Positions 28,345 to 38,623 of a DNA stretch of 64,000 bases are shown one piece after another. The position numbers and the translations under genes are program-made. Under the pieces are notes generated by a model. That model was not told where the DNA came from, did not search any database, and worked only from the letters and a program-made list of their open reading frames with translations. Origin of the DNA: a bacterium (GTDB taxonomy: Bacteria > Patescibacteriota > UBA1384 > VFKW01); the NCBI GenBank assembly GCA_030647355.1, contig JAUSIS010000004.1, positions 68,066 through 132,065 on the forward strand. The letters run 5' to 3'. The first letter of the stretch is position 1. Every line of letters starts with the position of its first letter.

Positions 28345-29505
28345 TCAATCCATATTAATAGCTATCAGTTGAGGTTTTGGTTTATTGGTGGAAAAAATTA
28401 TCTTATCTTTTTCAATCAGCAGAAAAATTGGTTGGTCAATCATAGAAGGTTTATATAGATAGTCTTTAATATTTGTAGTGCTATTATATTTAGTTATCTT
28501 TGGAATAAAGTTAGTTTTTGATAAATAGATTAAATTATTGCCACCCCAGGCAAACATATCTTGGCTGATTTGCCCTAAATCCTTTCTGGTATCATCAGTG
28601 GTAGATACGACAGTTAGGCGAGGATAATCGTCTTTGGTCTGGGTAAATGCCAACCAATTATTATCCGACCATTTTGCTCGGGAGATCTTGTCGTTGAGTT
28701 TTTTTAATGTTGCATTATCGGTCAACTGAATTATCTCCAACTCGTTGCCGCCGATTGCAAGCAACTTCTTATCAGGAGAGATAGCTAAAGCACTAGGCGA
28801 AACAACATCTTTGATTTTCACTGGGTTTGTAAAATCTATCGGACTTTTATATAGCGAGGTGGCGCTGGTATAATAAATCTCATCCTCCCCAGTAAATGTC
28901 AAAGTAGTAATCCCATTGGCTGAATATATCTTTTTAGTTAAGAGATCGAGAGTCAAAGTGTTATCAGGACTAATGAAGCTAACCTTGGTTGCACTGGGAG
29001 ACCAAATAATTTGTAGTTGTTCTTTTTTCGCTTTAATATCCAGCTCGGGCGAGATGGTTTCGGCTGGTATTTGGTCAATTTGGTCTTTGGAATAGTAGGC
29101 GGGTATTTTTTGAATCACTTTCCGGCTAGAATTATAGTAGTAAATATAATCGCCTTGCAGGGAAAATGCAGGAGTGGAAAAATTATTTTTATCTATATAG
29201 TTCACTAGATAATAATCTTTCAGTTCTGGCTGAGACGAGAGTGTTTGGAATGCTTTTATATGATAATTTCCATTTTGGGTTAGAAACCCATCTTTATAAA
29301 TTTTTGCTTGATAATATCCAGGTTTCAATTTTATTCTGGCGGGAAAAGAAGAGTAAACCTTTTGATTTAAATAGACTTTTGCCCCGGCAGTCTGGGGGGA
29401 GATAATAAGTAAGCCCTTGTAAATAAAAAAATAGAAAAGAAGCAAGATTACAAGAATCAATAGGATAATGGAACCTAATATTACTACGAGTCTTTTTCTA
29501 TCCAA
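28345..29505 (-). CDS. membrane-anchored TolB-like beta-propeller repeat protein
   Basis: AGGAGGGG RBS then a TTG start at 29505. The longer track ORF would overlap divergent lepA. Repeated WSP(D/S) propeller-like motifs. Confidence 0.6.
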   Translation of the reverse strand: MDRKRLVVILGSIILLILVILLLFYFFIYKGLLIISPQTAGAKVYLNQKVYSSFPARIKLKPGYYQAKIYKDGFLTQNGNYHIKAFQTLSSQPELKDYYLVNYIDKNNFSTPAFSLQGDYIYYYNSSRKVIQKIPAYYSKDQIDQIPAETISPELDIKAKKEQLQIIWSPSATKVSFISPDNTLTLDLLTKKIYSANGITTLTFTGEDEIYYTSATSLYKSPIDFTNPVKIKDVVSPSALAISPDKKLLAIGGNELEIIQLTDNATLKKLNDKISRAKWSDNNWLAFTQTKDDYPRLTVVSTTDDTRKDLGQISQDMFAWGGNNLIYLSKTNFIPKITKYNSTTNIKDYLYKPSMIDQPIFLLIEKDKIIFSTNKPKPQLIAINMD

Positions 29506-29616
29506 GTACCCCTCCTGAAGAGCTTTGATATATCTAATATATAATAAATGACACACAATGTAAAATACAGGGCTATAAGTCTGGAAAATAAGGGGGAAAT
29601 CTGTTAAAATAATTCT

Positions 29617-31353
29617 ATGGAAAATATCAGAAATTTCGTTATTATTGCCCATATTGATCATGGTAAGTCAACTTTAGCCGATCGCCTACTGGAAGCGACC
29701 GGTTGTATTCCTTATGGGCAAAATAAAACCCAGGTTTTGGATACGATGGATTTAGAACGGGAGCGAGGAATTACCATCAAACTCCAACCTGCCCATATGG
29801 CCTATAAATTGAATGGAAAACAGTATTCTTTGAACCTAATTGACACTCCCGGGCATGTTGATTTCGCTTATGAAGTAAATAGATCACTGGCTGCCTGCGA
29901 AGGGGCTTTACTGGTTGTTGATGCCTCCCAGGGGATTCAGGCACAGACAATTGCCAATCTTAATCTTGCGCGAAAATATAATCTTAAGATAATTCCAGTA
30001 ATAAACAAGATTGATTTGCCGAATGCCGAGCCGGAAAGGGTGACAAGAGAAATATGCAATCTACTAAAAGTTAACGCATCTGAGATTATCCTGGCCAGTG
30101 CGAAGACTGGAGAAGGAGTAGATTTAATCCTGAAAGCTATTATTGATCGCATCCCAGCGCCAGCGACAGATTCTCTGAAACCTCTGCGGGCATTAGTATT
30201 TGATTCTTTTTATGATTCCTATCGGGGGGTGGTGGCATATGTTAGAATTGTTGATGGCTCATTAAATAGTCGAGAGAAAATCAAGCTGATGGCTTCCGGT
30301 ACTGTAGCGGAATCGGAAGAGATCGGTACTGTTTGTCTGGGATATAAAAAGAAAGGGGATTTGAGTTCGGGTGAAATCGGATATATAGTCACTGGTCTTA
30401 AAGATGTAGGTATGTGTAGAGTCGGGGATACTATCACTTCGGTATCCCATTTTGCATCTGAATCATTATCCGGCTACTTAGAACCCCAACCGATGGTATA
30501 TGCCGCTATTTTTACTCAAAATGGCGAGGCGGCTAATCTTCGCGATGCTCTTAGTAAACTAAAGCTGAACGATGCTTCTTTGGTGTACGAGCCGACAAAT
30601 TCAGATGCATTCGGTTATGGATTTAGAGGCGGATTTTTGGGACTTCTACACATGGAAATTGTCAAAGAAAGGCTGGAGCGAGAGTATAATCTAGATCTAA
30701 TCGTCACGACACCTTCGGTAGCTTATAAAACTAGTAAGATCGGTTCTACTTTACAATATGAAGAGCCATGGGTTGAATTGGAAATTATTACTCCACAGCA
30801 ATATGTCGGCTCGGTTATGGAATTGGCTCAGAGTCGGCGAGGGATATATAAAACTATGGAATATCTTGCTGATCGCGTAATAGTTTGTTATGAAGCCCCA
30901 CTGGCAGGATTAATAATTGATTTCTATGATCAATTGAAATCAGTATCACAAGGATATGCATCACTGGCTTATCTGTTAACCGGTTATCGAGTGGGTGATT
31001 TGGTTAAAATGGATATGATGATTGCAGGAGATAAGATAGATGTTCTATCCCAGATTGTTCCGAGAGGCGAGTTGATGGCAAGAGCGCAAAGCCTCACAAA
31101 AAAGTTGAAAGAATTAATCCCCCATCAAATGTTTGAGATATCTATTCAAGCGGTGATTAATGGAAAGGTTATTGCTCGGGAGAGTATTCCAGCAATGCGC
31201 AAAGATGTCACTGCCAAACTTTATGGCGGTGATGTTACAAGAAAAAATAAGTTACTTGATAAGCAGAAAAAAGGAAAAAAGAAGATGAAGAGGCTGGGAC
31301 GGATTGATATACCTTCGGAAGTTTTTATTAATTTACTGAAAACTACCGATTAA
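29617..31353 (+). CDS. lepA: elongation factor 4 (LepA)
   Basis: AHIDHGKST G1 motif, DTPGHVDF and NKID motifs. LepA-specific C-terminal domain. Lys-rich tail. Confidence 0.95.
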   Translation: MENIRNFVIIAHIDHGKSTLADRLLEATGCIPYGQNKTQVLDTMDLERERGITIKLQPAHMAYKLNGKQYSLNLIDTPGHVDFAYEVNRSLAACEGALLVVDASQGIQAQTIANLNLARKYNLKIIPVINKIDLPNAEPERVTREICNLLKVNASEIILASAKTGEGVDLILKAIIDRIPAPATDSLKPLRALVFDSFYDSYRGVVAYVRIVDGSLNSREKIKLMASGTVAESEEIGTVCLGYKKKGDLSSGEIGYIVTGLKDVGMCRVGDTITSVSHFASESLSGYLEPQPMVYAAIFTQNGEAANLRDALSKLKLNDASLVYEPTNSDAFGYGFRGGFLGLLHMEIVKERLEREYNLDLIVTTPSVAYKTSKIGSTLQYEEPWVELEIITPQQYVGSVMELAQSRRGIYKTMEYLADRVIVCYEAPLAGLIIDFYDQLKSVSQGYASLAYLLTGYRVGDLVKMDMMIAGDKIDVLSQIVPRGELMARAQSLTKKLKELIPHQMFEISIQAVINGKVIARESIPAMRKDVTAKLYGGDVTRKNKLLDKQKKGKKKMKRLGRIDIPSEVFINLLKTTD

Positions 31354-31400
31354 GTTGGAGGGAAGAACGTTGTAATGTATAATCTGCATGTGAGAATTAA

Positions 31401-31916
31401 ATGAATATCCATAGACCATTTTCATTTTATATTGCACTCCTGGCAACTCTAGCCACTACCGCGAAAGTTTATGCTGTCTGTCCATTGTGTACTGTAGCGG
31501 TAGCGGGCGGTGTTGTTTTGGCGGAAAAATACGGGGTTGATAATACTATTACAGGAGTTTGGATTGGCGGTTTGACAGTTTCTCTGATTGCTTGGACTAT
31601 TAATTGGCTAAACGGACGTAAAATACATTTTCCAGCGATGGAGAGTTTAGTTTCGTTGGCTTATTTTTTAATAATCCCCGTGCCTTTGTTTTGGAAGGAT
31701 TTAATCGGAAATCCGGATAAAACATTATGGGGAATTGATAAGTTGCTTTTAGGAATGATTGTTGGATCGGTTGTTTTTTATCTTACAGTTCAAGCGTATG
31801 AATATTTAAAGGCAAAAAATAAAGGCAAGGCATATTTTCCTTTCCAAAGGGTAGTGATGCCAATAGGGGTTTTGGCATTGTTTAGCATTGCCTTTTATTT
31901 TTTGACGAAAGGATAA
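31401..31916 (+). CDS. hypothetical membrane protein (CPLC motif after signal sequence)
   Basis: 4 TM helices. Contiguous with the next gene. Confidence 0.5.
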   Translation: MNIHRPFSFYIALLATLATTAKVYAVCPLCTVAVAGGVVLAEKYGVDNTITGVWIGGLTVSLIAWTINWLNGRKIHFPAMESLVSLAYFLIIPVPLFWKDLIGNPDKTLWGIDKLLLGMIVGSVVFYLTVQAYEYLKAKNKGKAYFPFQRVVMPIGVLALFSIAFYFLTKG

Positions 31917-31917
31917 T

Positions 31918-32439
31918 ATGAAAAAAGTAGACTTGGAAAAATTCATTAAGAAAATCGAAGCCAGTAAGGATGGGAAGTTAGACCTCTCTTCGGATGAGGA
32001 TTTATCAATTGCAATTATGAATTTAGTTTCAATTGAGGAGCATTTTTTCTTTACTGGAGCAAAAACGGGCAAGTCTGATTACTTTGATTTGCTTAGTCAG
32101 ACTCGGCAAATACGTACTGAATTGTTAAAAAAAATCATCACTGACTATGAGGGAGAGGTGTGGTGTATTTCTAAGCATCTGCTGGCGGCCTCAATGCGGC
32201 TTATGGAAGTGGGAACCAAACAGCAGGCAAAGGGCAATAAGAAAGAAGCTCAAGAGATGTTTGAGAAGGCATTTAATTTATATTCTTTATTTTGGGGAAT
32301 TAATTTGAAAGTATTGGATGTATCCGATATTAAAAAAATTGATGATAATCAGCTAAATAAAAAAGATACGAAAAAAAATAGTTATATGGCGCGATTAGGC
32401 GAGCTGGTTAAGAGAGCGATAGATTGCTGTATTGAGTAG
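31918..32439 (+). CDS. hypothetical cytoplasmic protein
   Basis: The ORF starts 2 nt after the previous stop. No recognizable motif. Confidence 0.5.
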   Translation: MKKVDLEKFIKKIEASKDGKLDLSSDEDLSIAIMNLVSIEEHFFFTGAKTGKSDYFDLLSQTRQIRTELLKKIITDYEGEVWCISKHLLAASMRLMEVGTKQQAKGNKKEAQEMFEKAFNLYSLFWGINLKVLDVSDIKKIDDNQLNKKDTKKNSYMARLGELVKRAIDCCIE

Positions 32440-32445
32440 TGTATT

Positions 32446-34095
32446 CTACAGTATTTGGTACAACGGGTAAAATAGAATAATAATAATTACTATAAAGATA
32501 ACGGAAAAGAGCGGTAGAAAGAGGAGTTTTCGATTATCGGCAGAGCGGATATTATTTGACGAATATCCTCTTTTTATAAATTCATCGAATAGCTCTTGAT
32601 CTTCCGGTTTGATAATTTTTGTCCGCCAGAAAATTGCAGCAATAGCCAGTCCTATAATACTGAAAGAATTGAACAAACCTAACACTCCAAACATTAGATA
32701 ATCTTTTAAGTTCACCACTTGTCGGTGGAATACTATTTTTCCGCTTACCAAACCTGAAATAAAGGAAGCTATTAGAAGCAGCAGAATACCTACCAGCCAG
32801 AAAAAACGATAGATGAAGAAAGCAAAATTAGTTTTTGCTGGTACACCTTGATCAATCCACAGATCCTGGGTTAGTAGTTTGGAGGGAGCATTGATTTTTA
32901 TCAATGTATAGTCAATGGAGGACTTATTTTCGCCTGAGAAGTTAGCTATTTCACTATCTGGATAGGTTTGTCTAAAATATTCTGTTGTTGTGTAGTTTTC
33001 AATATCAGCATAAACATCGGGTTTAACTTTGCCAATGATTCGGATTTCAGCAGGCACATATTTACTTTCATAAATACTGGTTGGCACTAGAGGAAAGTAA
33101 ATCCTATTGGTTGGGAAACTAATCGAAACAGCGGGGGTTTGTTTAGTTTCATAGGGATATAATGAACCTGATGGTTTGGTGATTTCTGATACAATTTTCT
33201 CATCTTTTTTAATCTCTTCTATTAAAGCGTTTTTCTTTTCTAAATGAGAATCTAGGTATTCATCATATACTTGCGCTTTGTAATAACCATCCGAGCTAAA
33301 AGGGGGTTGTGTAAAATCCGACTGTTGGGACAGATAAGAGGCGATCTTTTCCAGAAGTAGAGGATGGGTATAGTAATTAGAGAATATTAGATTGACTGCA
33401 TTAATGATATTGGTTTTTTGGGCAGATTCGCTGGGAGGATCTATCCACGAGACAACAAAGGAGTATTCCTTGCCGATATAATTACCTAAAGTAGGAATGG
33501 TTTTGTCTTCGACATTAATCCCCTTCTCTTTCAGATATTTATAGAGACCGACAGCACTTTTAGCAGTTAAGACTTCCGAAGTCACTCCATTTTTCTCCAA
33601 ATGTTCGTAAACATCAACTTTATTGGCTGAGCTACTGGTAGTACCTGCATCGAGCATTATTCCTTTTCGAGGCCCGACTTCACCAGCCATGGGACTAGTT
33701 AACCATCCTAAAAATGGGATCGGATAAATTTGCGTGCCGGCAAGAAATAAGGCGGTATTACGCAGATTGCTCTTTGCCTGTTCCACAACATCTTCACCGC
33801 TCAATGATGGCATGTTGGATGCAACATCTATAACCACTTTTTGGGGATTAGCCGGAACAGGAAAAATCCAGACCCCACCTTTATCCAGATTGCCTTCATT
33901 GACATCAATTGCTAGAAGCATTTTTTGAATATTATTTTTGTAATCAATAAGGACATATTGACCTTTTTCCTCCCCATATCGCCAGTCGTCGCCATATGGC
34001 CGGATGATCATGCCATCAGCAGAAGCCGACCTGGGGAAAAATCCTAACAGTATCGTTGCTAAAAAGAAAATGGTCAATACTTTTTTATAAATCAT
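32446..34095 (-). CDS. secreted protein with signal peptide and C-terminal multi-TM anchor, function unknown
   Basis: Signal ...RSASADG. The C-terminal 120 aa has three hydrophobic helices. Lies directly downstream of the PEP-utilizer cluster on the same strand. Confidence 0.6.
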   Translation of the reverse strand: MIYKKVLTIFFLATILLGFFPRSASADGMIIRPYGDDWRYGEEKGQYVLIDYKNNIQKMLLAIDVNEGNLDKGGVWIFPVPANPQKVVIDVASNMPSLSGEDVVEQAKSNLRNTALFLAGTQIYPIPFLGWLTSPMAGEVGPRKGIMLDAGTTSSSANKVDVYEHLEKNGVTSEVLTAKSAVGLYKYLKEKGINVEDKTIPTLGNYIGKEYSFVVSWIDPPSESAQKTNIINAVNLIFSNYYTHPLLLEKIASYLSQQSDFTQPPFSSDGYYKAQVYDEYLDSHLEKKNALIEEIKKDEKIVSEITKPSGSLYPYETKQTPAVSISFPTNRIYFPLVPTSIYESKYVPAEIRIIGKVKPDVYADIENYTTTEYFRQTYPDSEIANFSGENKSSIDYTLIKINAPSKLLTQDLWIDQGVPAKTNFAFFIYRFFWLVGILLLLIASFISGLVSGKIVFHRQVVNLKDYLMFGVLGLFNSFSIIGLAIAAIFWRTKIIKPEDQELFDEFIKRGYSSNNIRSADNRKLLFLPLFSVIFIVIIIILFYPLYQIL

Positions 34096-34146
34096 AGTTC
34101 CTCCTTTTGCTATTTATTATATAATTACCTAACCCTATAAAGCAAA

Positions 34147-35094
34147 TTAAGATGACAAAGTAGTGATGGGCCTGGATTGCAGAATATAGTATTTGCCTTT
34201 TTCGAAAGCCCATTCGATGTCTTGGGGGAATTTATAATGTTCTTCAATTTTTTTAAAAATCTTAGCCAGCTCAATAATATGGTGATCAGATATTTTTTGT
34301 TTTTCTTGCTTTTCGGTTTCGACTGTTACTTCTTTGGTGCCCGACTTGCCAACTTTAACTATCATCATTTCTTGAGAAGAAACATATTTTTCGATGAAAT
34401 CTAGTTTTTCTTTGTCAATAATATAAGTGTCGGGAGTTATTTTGCCACCAACAATTGCTTCGCCTAAGCCATAGCCGGCTTCTATGACCATTTGATTTTT
34501 GTCCTCGGTGACCGGGTGGACAGTAAAGCAAATGCCGGATACTTCCGATTGAATCATTTTCTGGATGACTACTGCTACAGAAACGGCAGTGGTATTTAAG
34601 CCCTTTTCAAATCGGTAGAAGATTGCTCGAGGAGTAAATAACGAAGACCAGCAGAGTTTGACTTTTCCCAATAAATCGTCTTTAGTGGTATTTAAGTAAC
34701 TTTCTAATTCCCCTGCCCATGAGGCATCAGCGGCATCTTCGGCTGTCGCAGAGGATCGGACAGCGACATACTGGGCGTCAAGGGATTTGAAGGCTTCTTC
34801 CACCTCCCCTTGGATGTCTTTGGGGAATTCGGTATTGAGAATCATGGCCCTAATTTTCGCCGAAGCGCCATCCACAGAATTCACGTCCTTATGGTCTACT
34901 TTAGATAGAATTGCATCAATATCGGCTTTGAGCAAGCATTCTTCAAGAAATTTATCAAAACCGCTCGCCAATACTACAAAGCCGGGGGGAACTGGAATTC
35001 CCGCTTGTGTCATTTCGCCTAAACTAGCTCCCTTGCCGCCAGCAATATCCGTGTTTTCTTTGGTAAGATGGGAAAAGTGTTTGATAAATTCCAT
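34147..35094 (-). CDS. stand-alone PPDK_N/PEP-synthase-type ATP-grasp nucleotide-binding domain protein (pyruvate phosphate dikinase PEP/pyruvate-binding N-terminal domain family)
   Basis: IAGGKGASLGEM, GIPVPPGFVV, VRSSATAEDA, SWAGELESYLN, DIEWAF and YILQSRPIT are all hallmark PPDK_N motifs. Its 315 aa equals the ATP-grasp module of rifampin phosphotransferase. Confidence 0.85.
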   Translation of the reverse strand: MEFIKHFSHLTKENTDIAGGKGASLGEMTQAGIPVPPGFVVLASGFDKFLEECLLKADIDAILSKVDHKDVNSVDGASAKIRAMILNTEFPKDIQGEVEEAFKSLDAQYVAVRSSATAEDAADASWAGELESYLNTTKDDLLGKVKLCWSSLFTPRAIFYRFEKGLNTTAVSVAVVIQKMIQSEVSGICFTVHPVTEDKNQMVIEAGYGLGEAIVGGKITPDTYIIDKEKLDFIEKYVSSQEMMIVKVGKSGTKEVTVETEKQEKQKISDHHIIELAKIFKKIEEHYKFPQDIEWAFEKGKYYILQSRPITTLSS

Positions 35095-35106
35095 TGAGGC
35101 TTCTTT

Positions 35107-36399
35107 CTAAGACCTATTGATTATTTTTACTACGCCTTTATTAGCATCAACTTCTACCAGATCCCCGTCTTTAAGAACCTTGGTGGCGATTTTTGTTCCC
35201 ACAATGCAAGGCTTATGCATTTCCCTAGCTACAATTGCGGCGTGGCAGGTTATGCCTCCTTCATCGGTTACAAATGATGCCGCCCTGTTCATAGCTGAAA
35301 TAAAGGAGGGGAATGTCATTTGCGTTACTAGTATATCTCCAACCTCTACTTTATTTAGCTCCGGAACATCTCTAACTATCTTGACGACTCCCCTCTTAGT
35401 GCCAGGATATGCTATTGCTCCTCTTACTTCTTCCTTTTCAGAAACTGTTTCATCTTCAATAATGGGATCGTTTTGAAATAGCACATCGCCATCTAAATAC
35501 ACAAAAGTGGAAAATGGCTCGTACCTTTCTGTATGTCCAACAAGAAAACTCTTCGCTCGGAAATAAATCATCTCCTGTAATTCGATATTATTCCTAGTCG
35601 CCATTTCTTGGATGATGGGTCTTGCTAGGAAAAGCAGCCAATAAAAAACATCCGTTCTTTCAGTTCTAAAGAAAACTAACTCTTGAACCTCGTTGAACAA
35701 ATCTTGTAGTTCTTTCGGGATTTCTATATTGGCTCGGTCTTGTTCTGGAGCAAGTTCAGTTCTCATTTTTTTGATTTCTTCGGCGGTAAATGGGCTAGTA
35801 AACGCAAATCTTGGTTTTAACCAACCATACTGGCTAGCAATCTCTTCATCAGAAGCATTACTTCTCATTAATTCCTTAAATTTAGCATAGGCATTTTTCT
35901 TTTTAGGGAAACCAGCGTCGCCGACAAATTTATCAATATCGCCCTTTATATACTTAGGTACTTCTTGTTTAATTACTCTGTTATAATAAGATTCAACTCC
36001 ATGTGCAAGCCAAATATAAGTACAGACTGTTTTTAATATTTCATATATAGTTGCAAATTTATGATCGATTTTGTCAGATGAAATTAATAATGATTTAATT
36101 TTTTTACCGCTGACCTCTCTAAAATTCTCTAAATCATTACTTATATCAGTCATTCTGTGATTGCGTAGATATTTTTCAACTTGGGCGTCCATTTCCTCCA
36201 TTAATTCATTATTCAAATACCAACTGCCTTTTTGAGCAAATTGAGTGCGAAGTTCAACCCCATCAATTCCAATTTTCTCAAAGCTCTCCGGCCTACTAGA
36301 ATCTTCAAATAGGGAAAAAACGAAAGCGTGAAACGGCCGCTCTAGCCACCTTTCCCATTTCATACCCTGAACTTTAGTTATAATCCCTTTGGAATCCAT
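35107..36399 (-). CDS. PEP-utilizing-enzyme swivel phosphohistidine domain protein, paralog 4 (about 330-aa unique N-terminal domain plus about 95-aa C-terminal His domain)
   Basis: C-terminus GVVKIVRD...GDILVTQMTFPSFISAMNRAASFVTDEGGITCHAAIVAREMHKPCIVGT...DGDLVEVDANKGVVKI (PEP-utilizers mobile domain with catalytic His). Confidence 0.8.
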   Translation of the reverse strand: MDSKGIITKVQGMKWERWLERPFHAFVFSLFEDSSRPESFEKIGIDGVELRTQFAQKGSWYLNNELMEEMDAQVEKYLRNHRMTDISNDLENFREVSGKKIKSLLISSDKIDHKFATIYEILKTVCTYIWLAHGVESYYNRVIKQEVPKYIKGDIDKFVGDAGFPKKKNAYAKFKELMRSNASDEEIASQYGWLKPRFAFTSPFTAEEIKKMRTELAPEQDRANIEIPKELQDLFNEVQELVFFRTERTDVFYWLLFLARPIIQEMATRNNIELQEMIYFRAKSFLVGHTERYEPFSTFVYLDGDVLFQNDPIIEDETVSEKEEVRGAIAYPGTKRGVVKIVRDVPELNKVEVGDILVTQMTFPSFISAMNRAASFVTDEGGITCHAAIVAREMHKPCIVGTKIATKVLKDGDLVEVDANKGVVKIINRS

Positions 36400-36425
36400 C
36401 TGTACTCTTTAATCGCTGATTATTT

Positions 36426-37538
36426 CTATTCTTTATTTATTTCTGCTTTTAGATCTTCACTCTGTTTAATGATGTCTTTCAGAATATCTTCAGTAACAAT
36501 AATTTCACTGCCATCTTCAAATGCTAACCTTTCAGGTAAAGTCATTTTAATAATTTTCTCTTTACCATCATCAGTAATGGTAAATTTGAAACCTTCCGCT
36601 TCTTTGAAACCAGCTTTGACCTTTTCGCATAGTTCGTCGCGGGCTTCAGCGCCTTTTGTCATTCCTACAACTTTCAGCATGAACGATTCCCCCACCGAAG
36701 CGTGAGTTCCAAAAATTCTGCGGAAATTATAAGAACCATCCTTACTAATTGATGAATATTGCTCAGGATTGCTTTTAACAAACCGGTTTAGCTCGCTGCT
36801 CGTTTCAGTATAGCCAAGCAAGATATCAGCTACATTAGCAGCAAGCATAGAATAACTCATCGCGTCTTTGTCGTGCTCATCAAGAGCCATTTGATCACTT
36901 TCATTAACAAACCACGGCATTAAATTGCCAGCGGCAAAGACCTCATTTTCTTTCTTAGCAACCGGACCGGCATCGGCTTGAAAATCCAAACGATCATCAC
37001 TTTCAATCCAATCAATTCCCTCGAAATCGTAACGTATAGTAAATTTCTCCTCAAGTCCTTCAAGAGAAAGTCCATCTATTTTCCCTGCCAAAGTTTTTTC
37101 AGCTTCATTTAATTCTTCCTTAGCCAATAATTTAGTAAGCAGCGCATCAATCTCTTCCGTGCTGGCGCCTAATTCCTGCATTATTTCTTGTGAAAGGGCG
37201 GTAATCCCAGCGGTTTCCCGAGCCCTAACACGCGGAGAGCCTTTTGCCATTACCTCAGTCATCTCTCCCATTTTAATGGCTTTATCAAGAGCCTGAGTTT
37301 TACCCAGAGTATTTAGATGGACTTTGTAATCCTCCGGACCGCGGACTTGCGATTCTTTTTTACCATGGCGTGTCAAATCTATCTCCACTACCGTTGTTAT
37401 ACCTTCAGATTCTCCTGCTTCAGTGTTTGTTTCATTTTCATGTAGCTCTGGCCAGCCAGTGGATCGGCCGGCTTCTGTATCTTCTTCGGTCTCATGTTCT
37501 TCACTTTGTTCAAATCTAGGGAATATTTCCTCAGGCAT
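36426..37538 (-). CDS. acidic protein with histidine-phosphatase (PGM branch)-like RHG motif
   Basis: IDLTRHGKKESQ near the N-terminus. Downstream SPRVRARET and FGTHASVGE (second His). GGAGG RBS before the ATG at 37538; the track used an upstream TTG. Confidence 0.5.
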   Translation of the reverse strand: MPEEIFPRFEQSEEHETEEDTEAGRSTGWPELHENETNTEAGESEGITTVVEIDLTRHGKKESQVRGPEDYKVHLNTLGKTQALDKAIKMGEMTEVMAKGSPRVRARETAGITALSQEIMQELGASTEEIDALLTKLLAKEELNEAEKTLAGKIDGLSLEGLEEKFTIRYDFEGIDWIESDDRLDFQADAGPVAKKENEVFAAGNLMPWFVNESDQMALDEHDKDAMSYSMLAANVADILLGYTETSSELNRFVKSNPEQYSSISKDGSYNFRRIFGTHASVGESFMLKVVGMTKGAEARDELCEKVKAGFKEAEGFKFTITDDGKEKIIKMTLPERLAFEDGSEIIVTEDILKDIIKQSEDLKAEINKE

Positions 37539-37555
37539 CATTACCTCCAAAATAA

Positions 37556-38605
37556 TTATTTAACTATTTTTACTATACCATCATTAGCATTAACTTCCAC
37601 CGTATCACCGTCTTTTAATACTTGAGTCGCAATTTGGGTACCGACAATACAGGGTTTTTTCATTTCGCGGGCAGTTATTGAAGCATGTGACAATAATCCG
37701 CCGGAATCAGTAATAAATGCGGCGGATTTGCTCATGAGTGGTAGGAATTCCGGTCGCGTCATACCGGTAACTAAAATATCGCCGGTTTGAAAATCTCTAA
37801 TTTCACCGGGATCATTCACAATTCTAACCCGGCCTTTTGCAAAACCCTTATAAGCGATTATTCCTTTAATGATATCCTCGCTTTCCGGTTTAGTTATTTG
37901 GTCAAGCATTTTTTGGGCTTTTTCTTTGGTGAAAATTTCACATTCACCATTTTGATACCATAGCAAAGTTAGCGAAACTCTTTCTTCGAGAATTTGTTTT
38001 TCCGGCAGGTGATTGATTTGCAAATAATTTTCCAGTTCAGAATAAGTCAGGCAATTAATAATCTTATTTGAGTAATCCTTTTCTTTGGCAATAACATATA
38101 AAAATTTCTGGACCAATTGCTCAAATTCCATATAGACGCTCTCCGTGTATAAACGAGCCCTCTCAAAGTCGTCTAATAACTTTTCTAATAACCCTGCTGG
38201 TAAATAATCTATTGAGCGTTTAATGGCAAAATTCACAGCCACATGATCAAAAAATGCTCCTTTCAATTCAATAAAGTCATTATAGTCAATGTTCTCTTGA
38301 GGAGCTAATTTTATCATCAAAGCATTTATTCGATCGGTTTCGGAAATCAATTGATCAGACCATTTTGTAGCAACCAGATTGTCATCAATAATCTGCCTAG
38401 CTAAGTAATGTCCATAATCATTGAGGTCTTTTTCGAGAAAGAAATTCGTGCTAACACCATCCTCGTATGTTAGGATACTGATATTTATTTTTTTTCCTAG
38501 TTTTTGTTCAAACACTTGAGAATAAAGTTTGCCGTCGAGAGAATCGAAGACTAAGCCGACATTAACAACCCAATTCTTGACCCAAATTCCTTTTGGTATG
38601 TCCAT
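37556..38605 (-). CDS. PEP-utilizing-enzyme swivel phosphohistidine domain protein, paralog 3 (about 250-aa unique N-terminal domain)
   Basis: C-terminus GRVRIVND...GDILVTGMTRPEFLPLMSKSAAFITDSGGLLSHASITAREMKKPCIVGT...DGDTVEVNANDGIVKI. GGAG RBS before the ATG at 38605 (MDIPKG...). Confidence 0.8.
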   Translation of the reverse strand: MDIPKGIWVKNWVVNVGLVFDSLDGKLYSQVFEQKLGKKINISILTYEDGVSTNFFLEKDLNDYGHYLARQIIDDNLVATKWSDQLISETDRINALMIKLAPQENIDYNDFIELKGAFFDHVAVNFAIKRSIDYLPAGLLEKLLDDFERARLYTESVYMEFEQLVQKFLYVIAKEKDYSNKIINCLTYSELENYLQINHLPEKQILEERVSLTLLWYQNGECEIFTKEKAQKMLDQITKPESEDIIKGIIAYKGFAKGRVRIVNDPGEIRDFQTGDILVTGMTRPEFLPLMSKSAAFITDSGGLLSHASITAREMKKPCIVGTQIATQVLKDGDTVEVNANDGIVKIVK

Positions 38606-38623
38606 TTTTTCTCCAGCCAACAT

